A stretch of 60,777 bases of DNA, filler included, from Sphacelaria rigidula (taxonomy: Eukaryota), in assembly GCA_964200075.2 (NCBI GenBank). It is 4 parts of 4 records of this genome, joined end to end, with 100 filler letters (N's around TTAATTAATTAA, not from the genome) between each part and the next. Parts side by side here need not be neighbours in the genome. Positions count along the whole stretch, not along the records: positions 1 to 15,123 come from CAXNAA020001896.1; positions 15,224 to 30,345 come from CAXNAA020001897.1; 2 more parts are not named here. The stretch is one strand, 5' to 3'. The stretch's first letter is position 1. The number at the start of each line of letters is the position of its first letter. Below the pieces are notes generated by a model. It saw only the letters and a list, made by a program, of their open reading frames with translations, was not told the origin of the DNA and ran no database searches. Positions 10,792-22,044 of the stretch are shown here, piece after piece. A program made the translations under genes and the position numbers.

Positions 10792-12119
10792 AAATTAGCA
10801 GCCTAAAGCGGAGGTGGTAAAAGCTCTGTTGTATGGATGTTCCACATGGACGCTACGTTCTGAGGACTTCGACAGTCTGCAGACTGCCCATCAGAAGCTC
10901 TTGCTGCGAGTGGTTGGTTTCCGCAGAAAAGGTCGAAATGGCCACAAGACCCTTTCGTACAGAGCGGTTCTCAAGATGACCAACTGCGAATCTATCGAGA
11001 CGACTACCCGCAAACCTCAACTCTGGTTCGCGGGAGCCCTTGTCCGGCAGAAGGAAACCCGCCTTCCTGAGCGCGTCATGAACGGTCGGTTAACCACACG
11101 AGGGCCCAAGAAGGCCCGCCGCCTCCCCAAGCAATGGAAGGATACCCTCCAGGAGAACATACGTGCACTAGGGGCCATCACTCACAAAGGAGCCCGACGG
11201 GAATGGCTCGTCTACGGTCTAGAGGATAACGATGCATACGATTGGGTCACCGCGGCGAAGAACATGGGCAAATGGCATATTGGGGTCGAAAAAGAAGCGG
11301 AAGAGTTTGAGGACACGTGGTGATGCGTGGGCAAACGAAAATCAGACCGCTGTCACAAGCGAGAGGCTGCTGCGTCAAGGGCCGCCAATCGAAGAATCCT
11401 GTCTGCTCACATCGGTTGCGATTATGTCCTTACTCGGTGGCTCTGCGGTGCCCACTGGTGTGTGTCTGTATCTACTTTGCTGCCCTGAATCCCTTGGGCT
11501 TTTCCCTTCTTCTTTTTCTTCTTCTTCTTTATTTTTTTTAATTCAGATCGGACATTTCTTTCTGTGCTTTGCTTTTGTTGACCTTTTATTCCTTTTTTTT
11601 CAAAGTCGTAGTCTACTATGTCGTTCTGCTCGAGCTTTTCTGTTTTTTCGTTTTCTTCAGCGAGTGTTTCAGTTTGGTTTCCTCGGGTACGTCTATCATG
11701 TGACCACGGCTGGATCCCTGGGGGGGGGGCAGTTAAAGTGGAACAATCAATGAAGCAATCAATCACTCAAAGGAGGACAATCGAGCTTGACCTTGTCCCT
11801 TGCCCCTCCCCCCCCCCATCCACGAGCAACCAACCCCCCCACCCAAGCAACAAATGAGTACGCCCCCCCATCCACGAGGGACATTCAACACAGGGGGTAG
11901 CACCCACTTCTGCATTGCTTCATGAGTCAACATTACATCAAACGCAGCTACAACAGTTTATACCTCAACAAACACGACATTTCGAACGAGCTCTCGACTG
12001 CGTACATAATCTCGTCATGGTCGCCGTAGAGGGACCCAAATCGTTTTGCGATTCCTGGGTGACGGACAATAAACAAAACCCACCTGGGAGCGACGGGAGA
12101 GAGGGGGGAAGGGGGTGGG

Positions 12120-12690
12120 GCGGGGTATATTCATTTGTTGCTTGCCGTAGTCGTTTGACAATCGACCACACATCCCTTTTAAGACGAGGCAAGGGGAGGG
12201 CGGGGGGCGTTCTCGTTTTTTGCTTGCCGTAGTCATTTGACAACATCACGCATCCCTTTCGAGACGGACCACCGCTCCTACTCCCAAAAAAAACACCTCC
12301 AACATTTCGGTGCTCATTACATTTCTTCCACACGTTACCCACACACCTTTTTTATATCATATCCCCTTCCTTTCTCGCCGTGTGTGGCCACCATCCATCT
12401 CCAAGTAAAATGATTAGTTCCTCGCTACTGTCTAATCAATCAAACGATTTCACGCCTCCTTCGTTTACTGCCCACATTCCCTCTCTAGCACGTCCCTTTC
12501 CTCCTTGTATAGTTCACATTCTGCCACTACATGACTTCTGCTCTCTATTTCTGTGCCACAGGGGCAATTCTGTGCCCCTACTTCTTCCTCCACCTGGTTA
12601 CTATAGTATACCTCTTTATTTTTTCTGGTAGATCCAGGCCCCCCACCCGAAATCGCCGTTTCAATTTCCTCGCGGGGTCCATTCGGCCGC
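12120..12690 (-). mobile_element. 3' fragment of a second LINE family (C-terminal CCHC zinc region)
   Basis: Frameshifted translation RFRVGGLDLPE...CPCGTEIESRSHVVAECELY...NVWKKCNE...RKGC. The same 3' end recurs on the + strand at 59897-59953 (ggaaggggtgcgtggtcaatggtcaaacgactaaggcgagcaacaaatgagtacgc). Confidence 0.7.
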
Positions 12691-15123
12691 GCAAAGGGAG
12701 TGGGTAGGGGGTGAGGGGGGGCTGGAGGATGACCCAAGGCTCGAAGTGCAAGGTAGACACCAGCAGGGATGGTGACTCAGTCTTGCGCCGATAGAAAACA
12801 AAATGTTGAGAACGCGCCCGCATACAAGAATTGTTGTACACGAAAGGAGCTAGCACCAGCCGCAAAGCACTCGCAGCTCACCCGGGTGGTCAGCCCTACA
12901 CGAAGGAGCACATGTCGAACAGTTGGCACCGATGGTAAGCTTTGTTCAAGGCGGAGTGTCGGTGCCAGTTTTTGGGTGAGAAGGTGGCTAGTTCCCGCGT
13001 CGGCAGATCTGAACGGTGTTGCTCTGTATGGGTTCATCGTGGCTGGAATGTCACGTGATGGTACGCAGACTGGTGACGGCCACGCCAGGAGTTGATAGGC
13101 CGCACGGTCTATGACGCATACTGTCCATCTGAAAATAAAACTGTCTCGATTTGTGTGTAGGGCAGCACACGAGAGGCGATTGACTGCAAGCATGTCTGGT
13201 GTTGGGCGGGGGCTGCAAACTGCATATAAAGTCCAGTGTAAACGTTGATGATCTACCGCACCGCCCTGTCATGATGTGTGCGGTACTCGAATGTTGTTGT
13301 ACCGCAAAATAATACACACATTGAGCACGGTCCAGTACGGTATGTGATGGGATGGCAACACAAAGGTAACTGTTGCGTGCTGGGCTGTGCTGCTGTGGCT
13401 GTACTCGAGTGTCACGTAGTGTACCGTCATGTACAGGAAAGTGAACTAAACGTTCCGGTGCGGTGCACTGTTGGGCGACAGTACACAACACGCTTTCTTG
13501 TGGAGCCGCGTGCCGTCATCTGCTGCACTCGAGTGTATCGTGATGTGCTGTTTTGTACTGACTAGGGTGGTCCGCGATTACGTCCGGGGTCGTGTGCGAT
13601 GGCAACATAGAACACGCTGTCGCGTGCTGCCCGACAGTGTTGAGTACAGTAGTTGACGGTAATCCAGTCCAGTGTTATGTACTGGAAGCGGTCGCAAATC
13701 GTCCAGTACGGTGTGCGGTACTACCCTCTGCTGTTCTGTACTGTAAAGTGGCGTGCACGACCCACTATCATGTACTATTCGGTATCACCATGTGCACTTG
13801 TATCCTGGACTGCACTGTTTTTTGCTGTTCATCACATTACTGTTATGGGTGCGCCTGACCCCCCAAAAGGGGCAAAAAAAGTGTCACCGACCAAAACCAC
13901 GGAGAGACTGCAGATCTTGTTCATCCCCTGATGATACACGCCGTGAATCGCTCGAAGTACTTGTGATTCGAATGGGGTTTCCACTTCACGATTTCCCATT
14001 CTTCTCTCGTCTCGGAATATGAACCACGGCGTGCCTCGGCTACTCACCGACGTGTATTTGTCCAAGCTACGATCTGACATAATTGTGGTACCAAAGTTAT
14101 GGTAATCGAGAAGATCGCAAACCAAAACATGTGTCTTCCACCTAATTCGTTATAAAACTTGGATCCTAGTGAGGTAAACAAATTTTCCGGTCAAGTTGTA
14201 CCTATTGTCTTGGCGCAGATGATGCACAAAATCGTACCCCAATCGATGGCCTTGGCGATGGGTACTTGGGGAAAGGGTTTGGGCTATGAGCGCGGACAAG
14301 CGCCTCCAACCCTAGCCGGTTTCCACGATACGCGAAAACCTCACCCCTGTCCAACGGCCTCAGAATAGTTTACACCCATGATTAACTCTTGATAGTGGTG
14401 CAAACGACAGTGGTAACATAGTGCAGATGGTTGATGCATCGCATGTGTGGAATGTTGGAGAGGTGCAGAAGATGAACCTTCGACCGATTCCCCATGAGCT
14501 GTCTCTGCGAGACATATACCCCTGTCTGTGCATCGCTCGTGTCGGCGGAATGAGTAGCGCTCGTTCTCTTGCACCGAGTGCAATTGCCACGCCATCGATA
14601 GCGCGCGTTAGTATATAACCTTACTTGGGGTCAAGTATGGGCAAACGGAAGGAGAAATGTAAGCCATCTAGTAAGCTGGCGCGTCGGAAAGAGTAGAAGA
14701 AAACAAAACGACCAGTGTGCTGGACGCAATGGCCGCACACTCCAACAGGCGGCACGAATGGATCGCACGGAAGCAAGCAAGAATCACCGCGACCTTGCAG
14801 CAGCGAAGCCGCGACTTTGCAGCAGCGAAGCGAACAAGCTACAACCCTAACCCAAACCCAAACCCCAACGAAGGCATACCGAGAACCCTTGAGCAAGGAG
14901 AGTAGAAAGTGTTTCCTAGGCGAAGTGTGCAGTGCTAGACCTCTAATCAGCGCCCCAGGCGCCGACATAGACAAAAACGCGTTATGCGCACGCTAGGAGC
15001 ACGCTAGGAGCATAACCCCCTCCAAAGATCCCGATCTCGGTGTCCAAACTGTTGGAAATATGCACAGCCTGGCTGCTTGCATTATGTGAGTTCTTACTCT
15101 AGTAGCAAATTAGCGGAATAACT

Positions 15124-15222
15124 NNNNNNNNNNNNNNNNNNNNNNNNNNNNNNNNNNNNNNNNNNNNTTAATTAATTAANNNNNNNNNNNNNNNNNNNNN
15201 NNNNNNNNNNNNNNNNNNNNNN
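15124..15222. other. Assembly gap with artificial TTAATTAATTAA linker
   Basis: N-run/ttaattaattaa/N-run. The same construct occurs at 30346-30444 and 45563-45662; other gaps lie at 22136-22145 and 41107-41796. Confidence 0.95.
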
Positions 15223-16456
15223 NCCTACTGATTATCTTGCATTCGGATGACAGCCTCCAATGAGTTGCTTTATTTTCTGGTATCGCCACTTCCTGAGCAC
15301 TAGTCCGGGCAAATTTGGTGAGGCATCAGATAATATTGCTAATTTGGCCATAGGCTGTCGCTACCGTGCGCTCGTGTATTGTACAAAGATATGTGTGAGC
15401 GTTGCCGGCATCCGAGGTCATCGGGACAGGGCGGGTAAGAAGCAGAAGCAAATATGCGAACCTCGCAAAGCCCGCCAGATTTTTTTCGCGTTTTTTTGTC
15501 AGTGTTTGTTGACCAATTTCTTTCAACAATATCAACAAAAAATCGACAGAATGTCGACAATTTCCGAAAAATTGCCCTCCGGGAACGGGGGGGTAGGGGG
15601 GGGGGCTCCGTGTCCGAATTGTTCCTTACGCGACAGACCCTTGGCTGCACCCAAAAAAAGCGCATGAAAACAAGCGCCGCCGCTTTTCTTCTTGGAGGGG
15701 AAGGGGTATCGCGGCGACGAATGAACGTTCTTCTTGTTCCTTGGTCCCGCTTCCCGACGTTTCTCAGCACATTGTTTTCCGATCGAAAATGTGCAGTGGA
15801 AAAGGAAAATTCCGATTTGATAGGCCATGACCTCAACTATCATCATTAATGTTGACACGACGACCTGTCTGGTAGATCGGAATTTTGTTTTCAACCACAT
15901 TTTTTCGAACGGAAAATAGGTTGCTCAACGTTTGATCATTCTTCGAGTCTATTTGAGTTGAGGGATCTGACGACGTCCGGGAACTCAATTCCCTAGATGA
16001 GTGTCCCCTCTAGCCCTTTTATCGGGCTACTGAAACAAGAATTGGGATTGTGTGATGTTCGATTGTGAAGCTATCATGCTGCCTCCGTGCGCCGAAAGGT
16101 TCCCAAACATTGTAAGGTATACTCTACTGTCGCCTTTTTCTCGCTCCCTTTTTACGAGTCTTCTTGTGGTACCGCAGGGAGAAGCTTTCATCTGGTAAAA
16201 AAAATATCCTTGAGAAGCCCCGAAACATTGCCCTCTCTCACTGCCCCCCAGAACTCAAACGCCAAAAGCCAAAGATTGTCGCAAATATTCACAGGTGCTT
16301 CAGATATAATACGGTGTGCTCTGTCTTGGCGTTCTCTCATGTTTTTTCTTTCTCACGTTCGGCTCCATTCGCGTTTGTCCCATACTTTCACCCGCTTTTC
16401 GTCATCTCCCAAGGGCGGATCAAACTTTGCCGATCATATGTACGCATCTGCACCAG

Positions 16457-19400
16457 GACCGTCTGGCTCCGTTTTCCTCGCGGGGCTTTCAGCCAGCAAC
16501 TGGACCCTCCCTACATCCAGCCCTTCGGCAAACACCAACAACACTGTACCCGACCTCCTCAACAAAGGAATGAACGATTTCGCCGCGGTGAGCTTAGGCA
16601 GCACGGGGGCTCTTCGATGGCAGTGGCAGGTGAGATGTCGAAACCGTCGCTGGCAGTACCGCGGGCCGTCGGCCAAAACTGGTGTTGTAATGTGCCTGTT
16701 TTTTTGTCTTTGTTTGATTTGTTTTCAGCGTTTTTTCTCAATTTTTTTTTACTCTCAGACAGCGACCCCCCCCCCCCCTCCCCCCCATACGTGGACTAAG
16801 ATGGACAATGCCACATTTAGGGTTCAGGATACTATATATTTTTCTCGCGACACGAAACGCCTGTTTCATGAACATGTAGATGTTTGGCATTTTATGGAGA
16901 AAATTGTCCCGGAGAACCCCTGACCAGTTTTGACCCTGCAGTCAACCAACAGCCGATCATCAAAATTGAGGGTAAATGTTTCCGTTGAGGATGAGCAAGC
17001 CCCGGAACGGCGCATGAAAATTGCCAATATATTTGTTCCCCGAAAATACTTTGATAGTTCTTGGATAAAAATGCGAGTTCGGCAAAAAATCCGAAAGGTG
17101 CCCTGAACCCTCTACAGTTTACTTTGGTCCAGCGGACCGCCCGAAACTCAAAAGCCACGCGCGACCCCTATTTATAATAATCCGACTCGCCGCTGATAAT
17201 TACTGTTCTTATTATTTCGTATTAAAACTGGCCGCCGGAAAACAATGTTGCATGTGTACTGGGTCAAACCTGAACTCCCAAGTTCGAAAGGCGCTTTCGT
17301 TTGGTTGAAATTCAAATTCAGGTCTTGAACCACATTTAAAATAAAAACAATCCCGACCACTATAGGTATGGGTGACACAATCATTTGAGCGATCCGGTTG
17401 GACCTTGAGAATTCGAATCTCACTCTACTGCTCCTTTTATGTTGACCTTTGGCAACCGAACTCTCCGGGGGAAAATATATGGGCACTTTCCGCGCGCCGT
17501 TCCGGGACTTCCTTGTCCCCAATGAAAAGCTCCATCCTCAATTTTGATGATCGGCTGTAGGCTGCGTGCAGAATGATCATGTGTGCTGTATGTCTTCGCT
17601 GGATAACGACAACAGACTGAGCGTGTCATCGCTCTCCATTGAACAGTCTATCGTGTATTACTCACAATCCAACGCTTCCCACGGTGTAAATCGGACGTTA
17701 CGAAAAAAAACCCATTGCATCGGGAATCGAACCCTCGTTCTCTCCACCCTAATGGCGACACTCGGAACATCACACCACCGGGGCGCGGCGGCGCGTAATG
17801 GGGTGTGTCGAACGTATGACGCCGAAAAAGATTAGAGGAGAACGAACACGTGCCCCAACATGTCACACTCACGGATGTCGAAGAGGTTGAGGAGGAGCCC
17901 TTCACGCGAGGAGCGCGGATTGTGGGACGAAGAAAGTAACGCCCAAGAAAAATTCCGTGCTCTTACCGTACAGTATGAGTACGTGCTTTTTGTATATCGA
18001 CGCTGACCAGAAGCGTTCGACGCAATTTTCAACAAAACGCTGTGTGTGTGCACCGCTCTTCAACAGAACGAACGAACCCTGTTTTAAGTCTATATATATT
18101 TTTGTGGGGGTGTGACAATGCGTGTCTCGACTCGTTCCGGTAGGACGGTACCGCGCAGAACGACGAAATACATGGGGCAGCCTCTAACGTCAATGGCTCT
18201 GTTTTGCTGGTGGGGGAAACTGGTGGAAACTGGGCCGGACCTAGCGCCGGGGGCGCCGACTTTGCTGCTGTCATGTTGAATTCCGACGGAAGTGTTGAAT
18301 GGAGATGGCAGGTAAGCGACACGAACTTATGTGCTGGGTGGAGGCAGTGTTTTTCCGTCGGCTTTTTGTCTTTTCCTTCTTTTCTCTTTTTGGCCCTCGT
18401 CTCGTGTGTTGTCATCGTGACGAAATGGGCGTGTGCGACCGATGGAAGAATGCCCGGCGCAATCGTGATCCCGGTACTGCGAGATGACTCCTCCCTCCTG
18501 CGTGTGTTGTGGTGGTCCTTGGTGGTCGGTCGTTCGACTATTATATGACTTCGCTGCGCAGGACGGTACGGCCTCGATAGACGAGATGCACGCTGTCGCG
18601 GCAGACGCAGATGGCACGTTCGTCTTGGCAGGGTTTACGTTCGGAAACTTCGATGGCTTGCACCAGGGCGGAAGTCGCGACTTTGTGGCTGTCAAGCTTG
18701 ATGGTGACGGAAGTGAGATATGGCGCTGGCAGGTGAGGGGACCTCCGGAGACGACCAGAACGGGTGCTCTCCACTTTGTGTCGTGTGTGTTCCGTGCTTG
18801 CGGCTTGAACATGATTACGTTGAGCTTTTTTTTTTCCATCGCAAGATCGTTACTGTCATCAGATCAGACGGGATTTCAGGTGACGTCTAGAAACGCGTTC
18901 GCGCCGCGCAATATCAATCAACCGTGTGAGAGGCGATAGCCCGATTCATCTCCAAAATTTGCGGATGAATGCCGTGGCATCGCCGCTGGGGGCCACGATG
19001 TCCACGTTATATGGTTGGCTAGACGATCGGCGAACGTGGGTGAAAAACTGAATATTATACCTTTGGAGTCGGATGAAGTCAAGAGTGCACACCTGGTTGT
19101 GCAACAAAACCAATACTAAGGCTACTTCTTCTGTGTAAAAAAATGAATCTTCTTGAAAAGTGCATATCTGGCTCTTCTCCGTCGTTTTCCCTCCGAAAAA
19201 AGAGGGCTAGGCGGATGTTGACACCTTGGAATGACTTGCTCTACTCGCTGAGGCCGTTCCAGAGCACCTTTGCGTTTTCCGTACGTCACAGTTTTCGTTT
19301 TTGGTCAAAATTACATTTTCAATAACAAACGGTCAAGTTATTAAAGAACAGGGGGGAAAACTGACACTTTTTTGGTAAGTTGACTGTTTGTTATTGAAAT

Positions 19401-22044
19401 TTGTTTCAAGTGTGATGTGACCAAAAACAAAGCTGTGACGTACGGAAAACGCAAAGGTGCTCTGGAACGACCTCAGCGAGTAGAGCAAGTTATTCCAAGG
19501 TGTCAACATCCGCCTAGCCCTCTTTTTTCGGAGGGAAAACGACGGAGAAGAGCCAAAAATGCACTTTTCAACAATATTCATTTTTTGATACATGAGAAGT
19601 AGCCTAATAGGTGCGTGAAAAACGGGGTGGCCTCAAGTCTGATTTGGGTTTTCTCGAGCCACGAACCGTCGCGCTGGGGACGTCTCAAACCACCAACGTC
19701 TTTTCACAGCGGTCTAATCGAGCACTTATCTCCGGTGACACAACGGTGCCTTCATCTCGAGCGTGTGGATCGAAGAATAAATACACCCTTCGCACGACAT
19801 GTGTTTTGTTTTACGCATTCATGCATGTGCTGCAAAGGAAACGAAACATGAATGTACATCGCTGCTCGCACAACTCAGCGAGTTTTTCTTCCGACGTGCA
19901 CGTTCTACTTAGTAGCCGTGGCTGATGCGGAGTTCCCCCCATTTCGTTCCACAGGACGGCACCGCCGGCGATGACATGCTGAGGGCCGTGACCGTAGCGA
20001 GAGACGGCTCCATTGTCCTGGCCGGTTCCACCGAGGGTGCCTGGAATGGAGTGTCCACTGCCTCGTATTATAATGCCGATTTCGCCGCTGTCAAGCTTGA
20101 TGCTGCCGGGACGGAGGTGTGGCGCTATCAGGCGAGTGGCCGTGTGTCGGCTGTTTTTCATGCACCTTATGCGTAGGCGCCCTACTAGAGCTACGCCATC
20201 CTGCGACACGCGTTTTCCTACTACTGTAGCGATCCGACACATCTCTATAATTTTACCGCGTCAACCTCGCAAATTACTCCGATAATAAACACGAAATTTC
20301 AACAGCGTGTGTGCAACCCGCGCGGTGTTGGGTGTACACAACGCTGCCGTACTTGGCCTCATCACTGCCTCCCCGCTGTGCTTTTTCCCCCTCAATACCC
20401 TCTCGTCGGGGCCGTTATTTTTTGCGTTTCGCGTGCAGTTGACGACTCCTTCGGCCCGTGTCTGAAACGCCACGCGGCGATATCCATACATTCCTGTCGC
20501 GGAGATCGCCTGTAGTGTCTTTTCAACTCACCCTCAGTTCGTCGATTGTTCGTGTTTTTATTTTTGTGGCGCAGGAAGGTACCGGAAGCACAGAACGTCT
20601 CCACGCAGCAGCAGTGGGAGGAGATGGCTCCGTCATTCTCGCCGGCGATACTTGGGGAAACTTCGCTGGCGCAAACTACGGAAGGCTTGACTTTGCAGCT
20701 ATAAAGCTAAACGCGGCCGGCGTTGAGCAATGGCGGTGGCAGGTGGGATCCAGATCATGACGGATGGCGCCGCTGGGAAAAGTTGCAACGTTTCATGGTA
20801 GGGTAGGCATGGGCGGGATCGCTGAGGCGTGGCGACACCGCGTGATATCCTACCAATGGTACAGCACTTGCTCCTCGATTGGTTTTCTCGTCCATTTTTT
20901 CCCCTGCTCGGCGGATAAATGGTGCGTAAGTATGATGGCTTCTCGATCGGTGAAGTTGATGGTGCAGGTGTGAGTATCTTGGCCGTGAAACAGCGACGGA
21001 GAGGTGGTCATTACGCCAAGAGAAGGTGAAGAGTATTGGAAGCAGAAGTGCGGCCGTCGTATTTGCGGCTGTTTTGCTGGGTATGTGTGAGAGGTGAGGT
21101 TGCCATGCTACAATAACATCTTCAAGAGAGACAGCTAGAAATTAACGTCGCCGGTGGATTGCTGATAACGTAAGTTGGTCATGCAAGCATGCTTGAGAGA
21201 CAGCCGGATATTCAACGCGGATTTATCGTCATTCCTTCGTTCTGCCGGCAGGGAGGAACAGTTATGCAGGACTACTTGTTCGCAGCTTCTATGCTGGGAG
21301 ACGGCACTGTGATGCTGGCCGGAGATACAGAGGGTAGCTGGGGTGCTGTAAACGCTGGCCACAAGGACTTTGTCGCTGTGATTCTGGACAGCAACGGGAA
21401 TGAGACCCGGCGTTGGCAAGTGAGTGGTTTAGTGACTGCCGCAGTCACGACTCCCCTTCCGTTCTGCGCATCACGCTGCGTTGCTTTTGAAAATCCACAC
21501 ACAGTAGCAGCCGCTCGGTGCACGTTCAATCTCCCCACTAGGACCACAACGTGATGCGTGGAGTAGGAAACCACCCCCCCCATAAGCCCACGGAAAAACG
21601 ATGAACATGTCAATAAGAAATACCTCGCACGTCTATCATATGTGCAACCCCGCCACGTGGATTCGGTACCTCGCTTACCGCAGTCAGGGATGATCCCAGT
21701 TGTGACTGCCCGAAATCGATTTGAGTGTTGGTGCTGCATGCATTCGGCGTCCTTTGTCGAGGTCGAGGTGAAGAAGCTCCGCCAAACCCTGGTATAGGCG
21801 GAAGACTTGCCATTGCATGATGCTTCGCGCGCGTCAAACGTTCTCATCGGTTGCGACCGCCCTGCCGGCCGCTTTTGCGCAGGACGGGACGGCGCAAGAC
21901 GATGAATTCGACACAATCGCGCTCGTGGCGAACGGAAGGGTGGTCCTGACAGGATCTACGTTCGGACCTTGGGACGGCGCTCACGGTGGAAGGGGCGACT
22001 TCGCTGCTGTCAAGCTGAACACGGGGAATATCCCCGCGGCCTGA
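16457..22044 (+). CDS. Beta-propeller-like repeat protein, one repeat per exon (5' part not identified)
   Basis: Exons 16457-16629, 18144-18311, 18562-18732, 19955-20131 (GC donor), 20575-20742, 21252-21419 and 21883-22044 (stop). Consensus DGT...D.h.a.....DGsvvLaG.T.G.w.g...G..DFaAVkL...G...WRWQ. All have AG acceptors and splice in frame. Confidence 0.9.
17705..17792 (-). mobile_element. tRNA-like head (SINE head or tRNA pseudogene)
   Basis: The reverse strand reads gccccggtggtgtgatg...gagggttcgattcccgatgcaatggg followed by a T-run: B-box GGTTCGATTCC, a weak A-box and a Pol III terminator. Its start resembles the SINE head ending at 25280. Confidence 0.5.
19120..19604. mobile_element. PIF/Harbinger-like palindromic MITE (TAA TSD) in an intron
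   Basis: TIRs ggctacttct and agaagtagcc, extended by ~180-bp inverted arms. TAA at 19117-19119 and 19605-19607. Confidence 0.9.

Larger units (their letters stand above)
7100..11768 (+). mobile_element. Degenerate RTE-type non-LTR retrotransposon (APE endonuclease + reverse transcriptase)
   Basis: Endonuclease motifs: KVATYNVR (7640), DVIGLQE, FAYAPT, MDANAR, IDYII, SDHN. RT motifs: KATGPDDIPAE, GNYRGISL, EQCGFR, IDLQKAYDSV, GLRQ, DADD (from YADD). C-terminal ALLYGCSTW and a (CAAT)n 3' tail at 11744-11768. Many stops and frameshifts; the 5' boundary is approximate. Confidence 0.95.

Noticed and set aside
12777-13193. Possible first exon of the - strand gene (MNPYRATPF...)
   Set aside because: There is no convincing donor site or recognisable domain, and it cannot be linked to the downstream exons.
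15168-15179. TTAATTAATTAA palindrome between N-runs (three occurrences)
   Set aside because: It is identical in every gap and encodes stops in all frames, so it is a scaffolding artefact.
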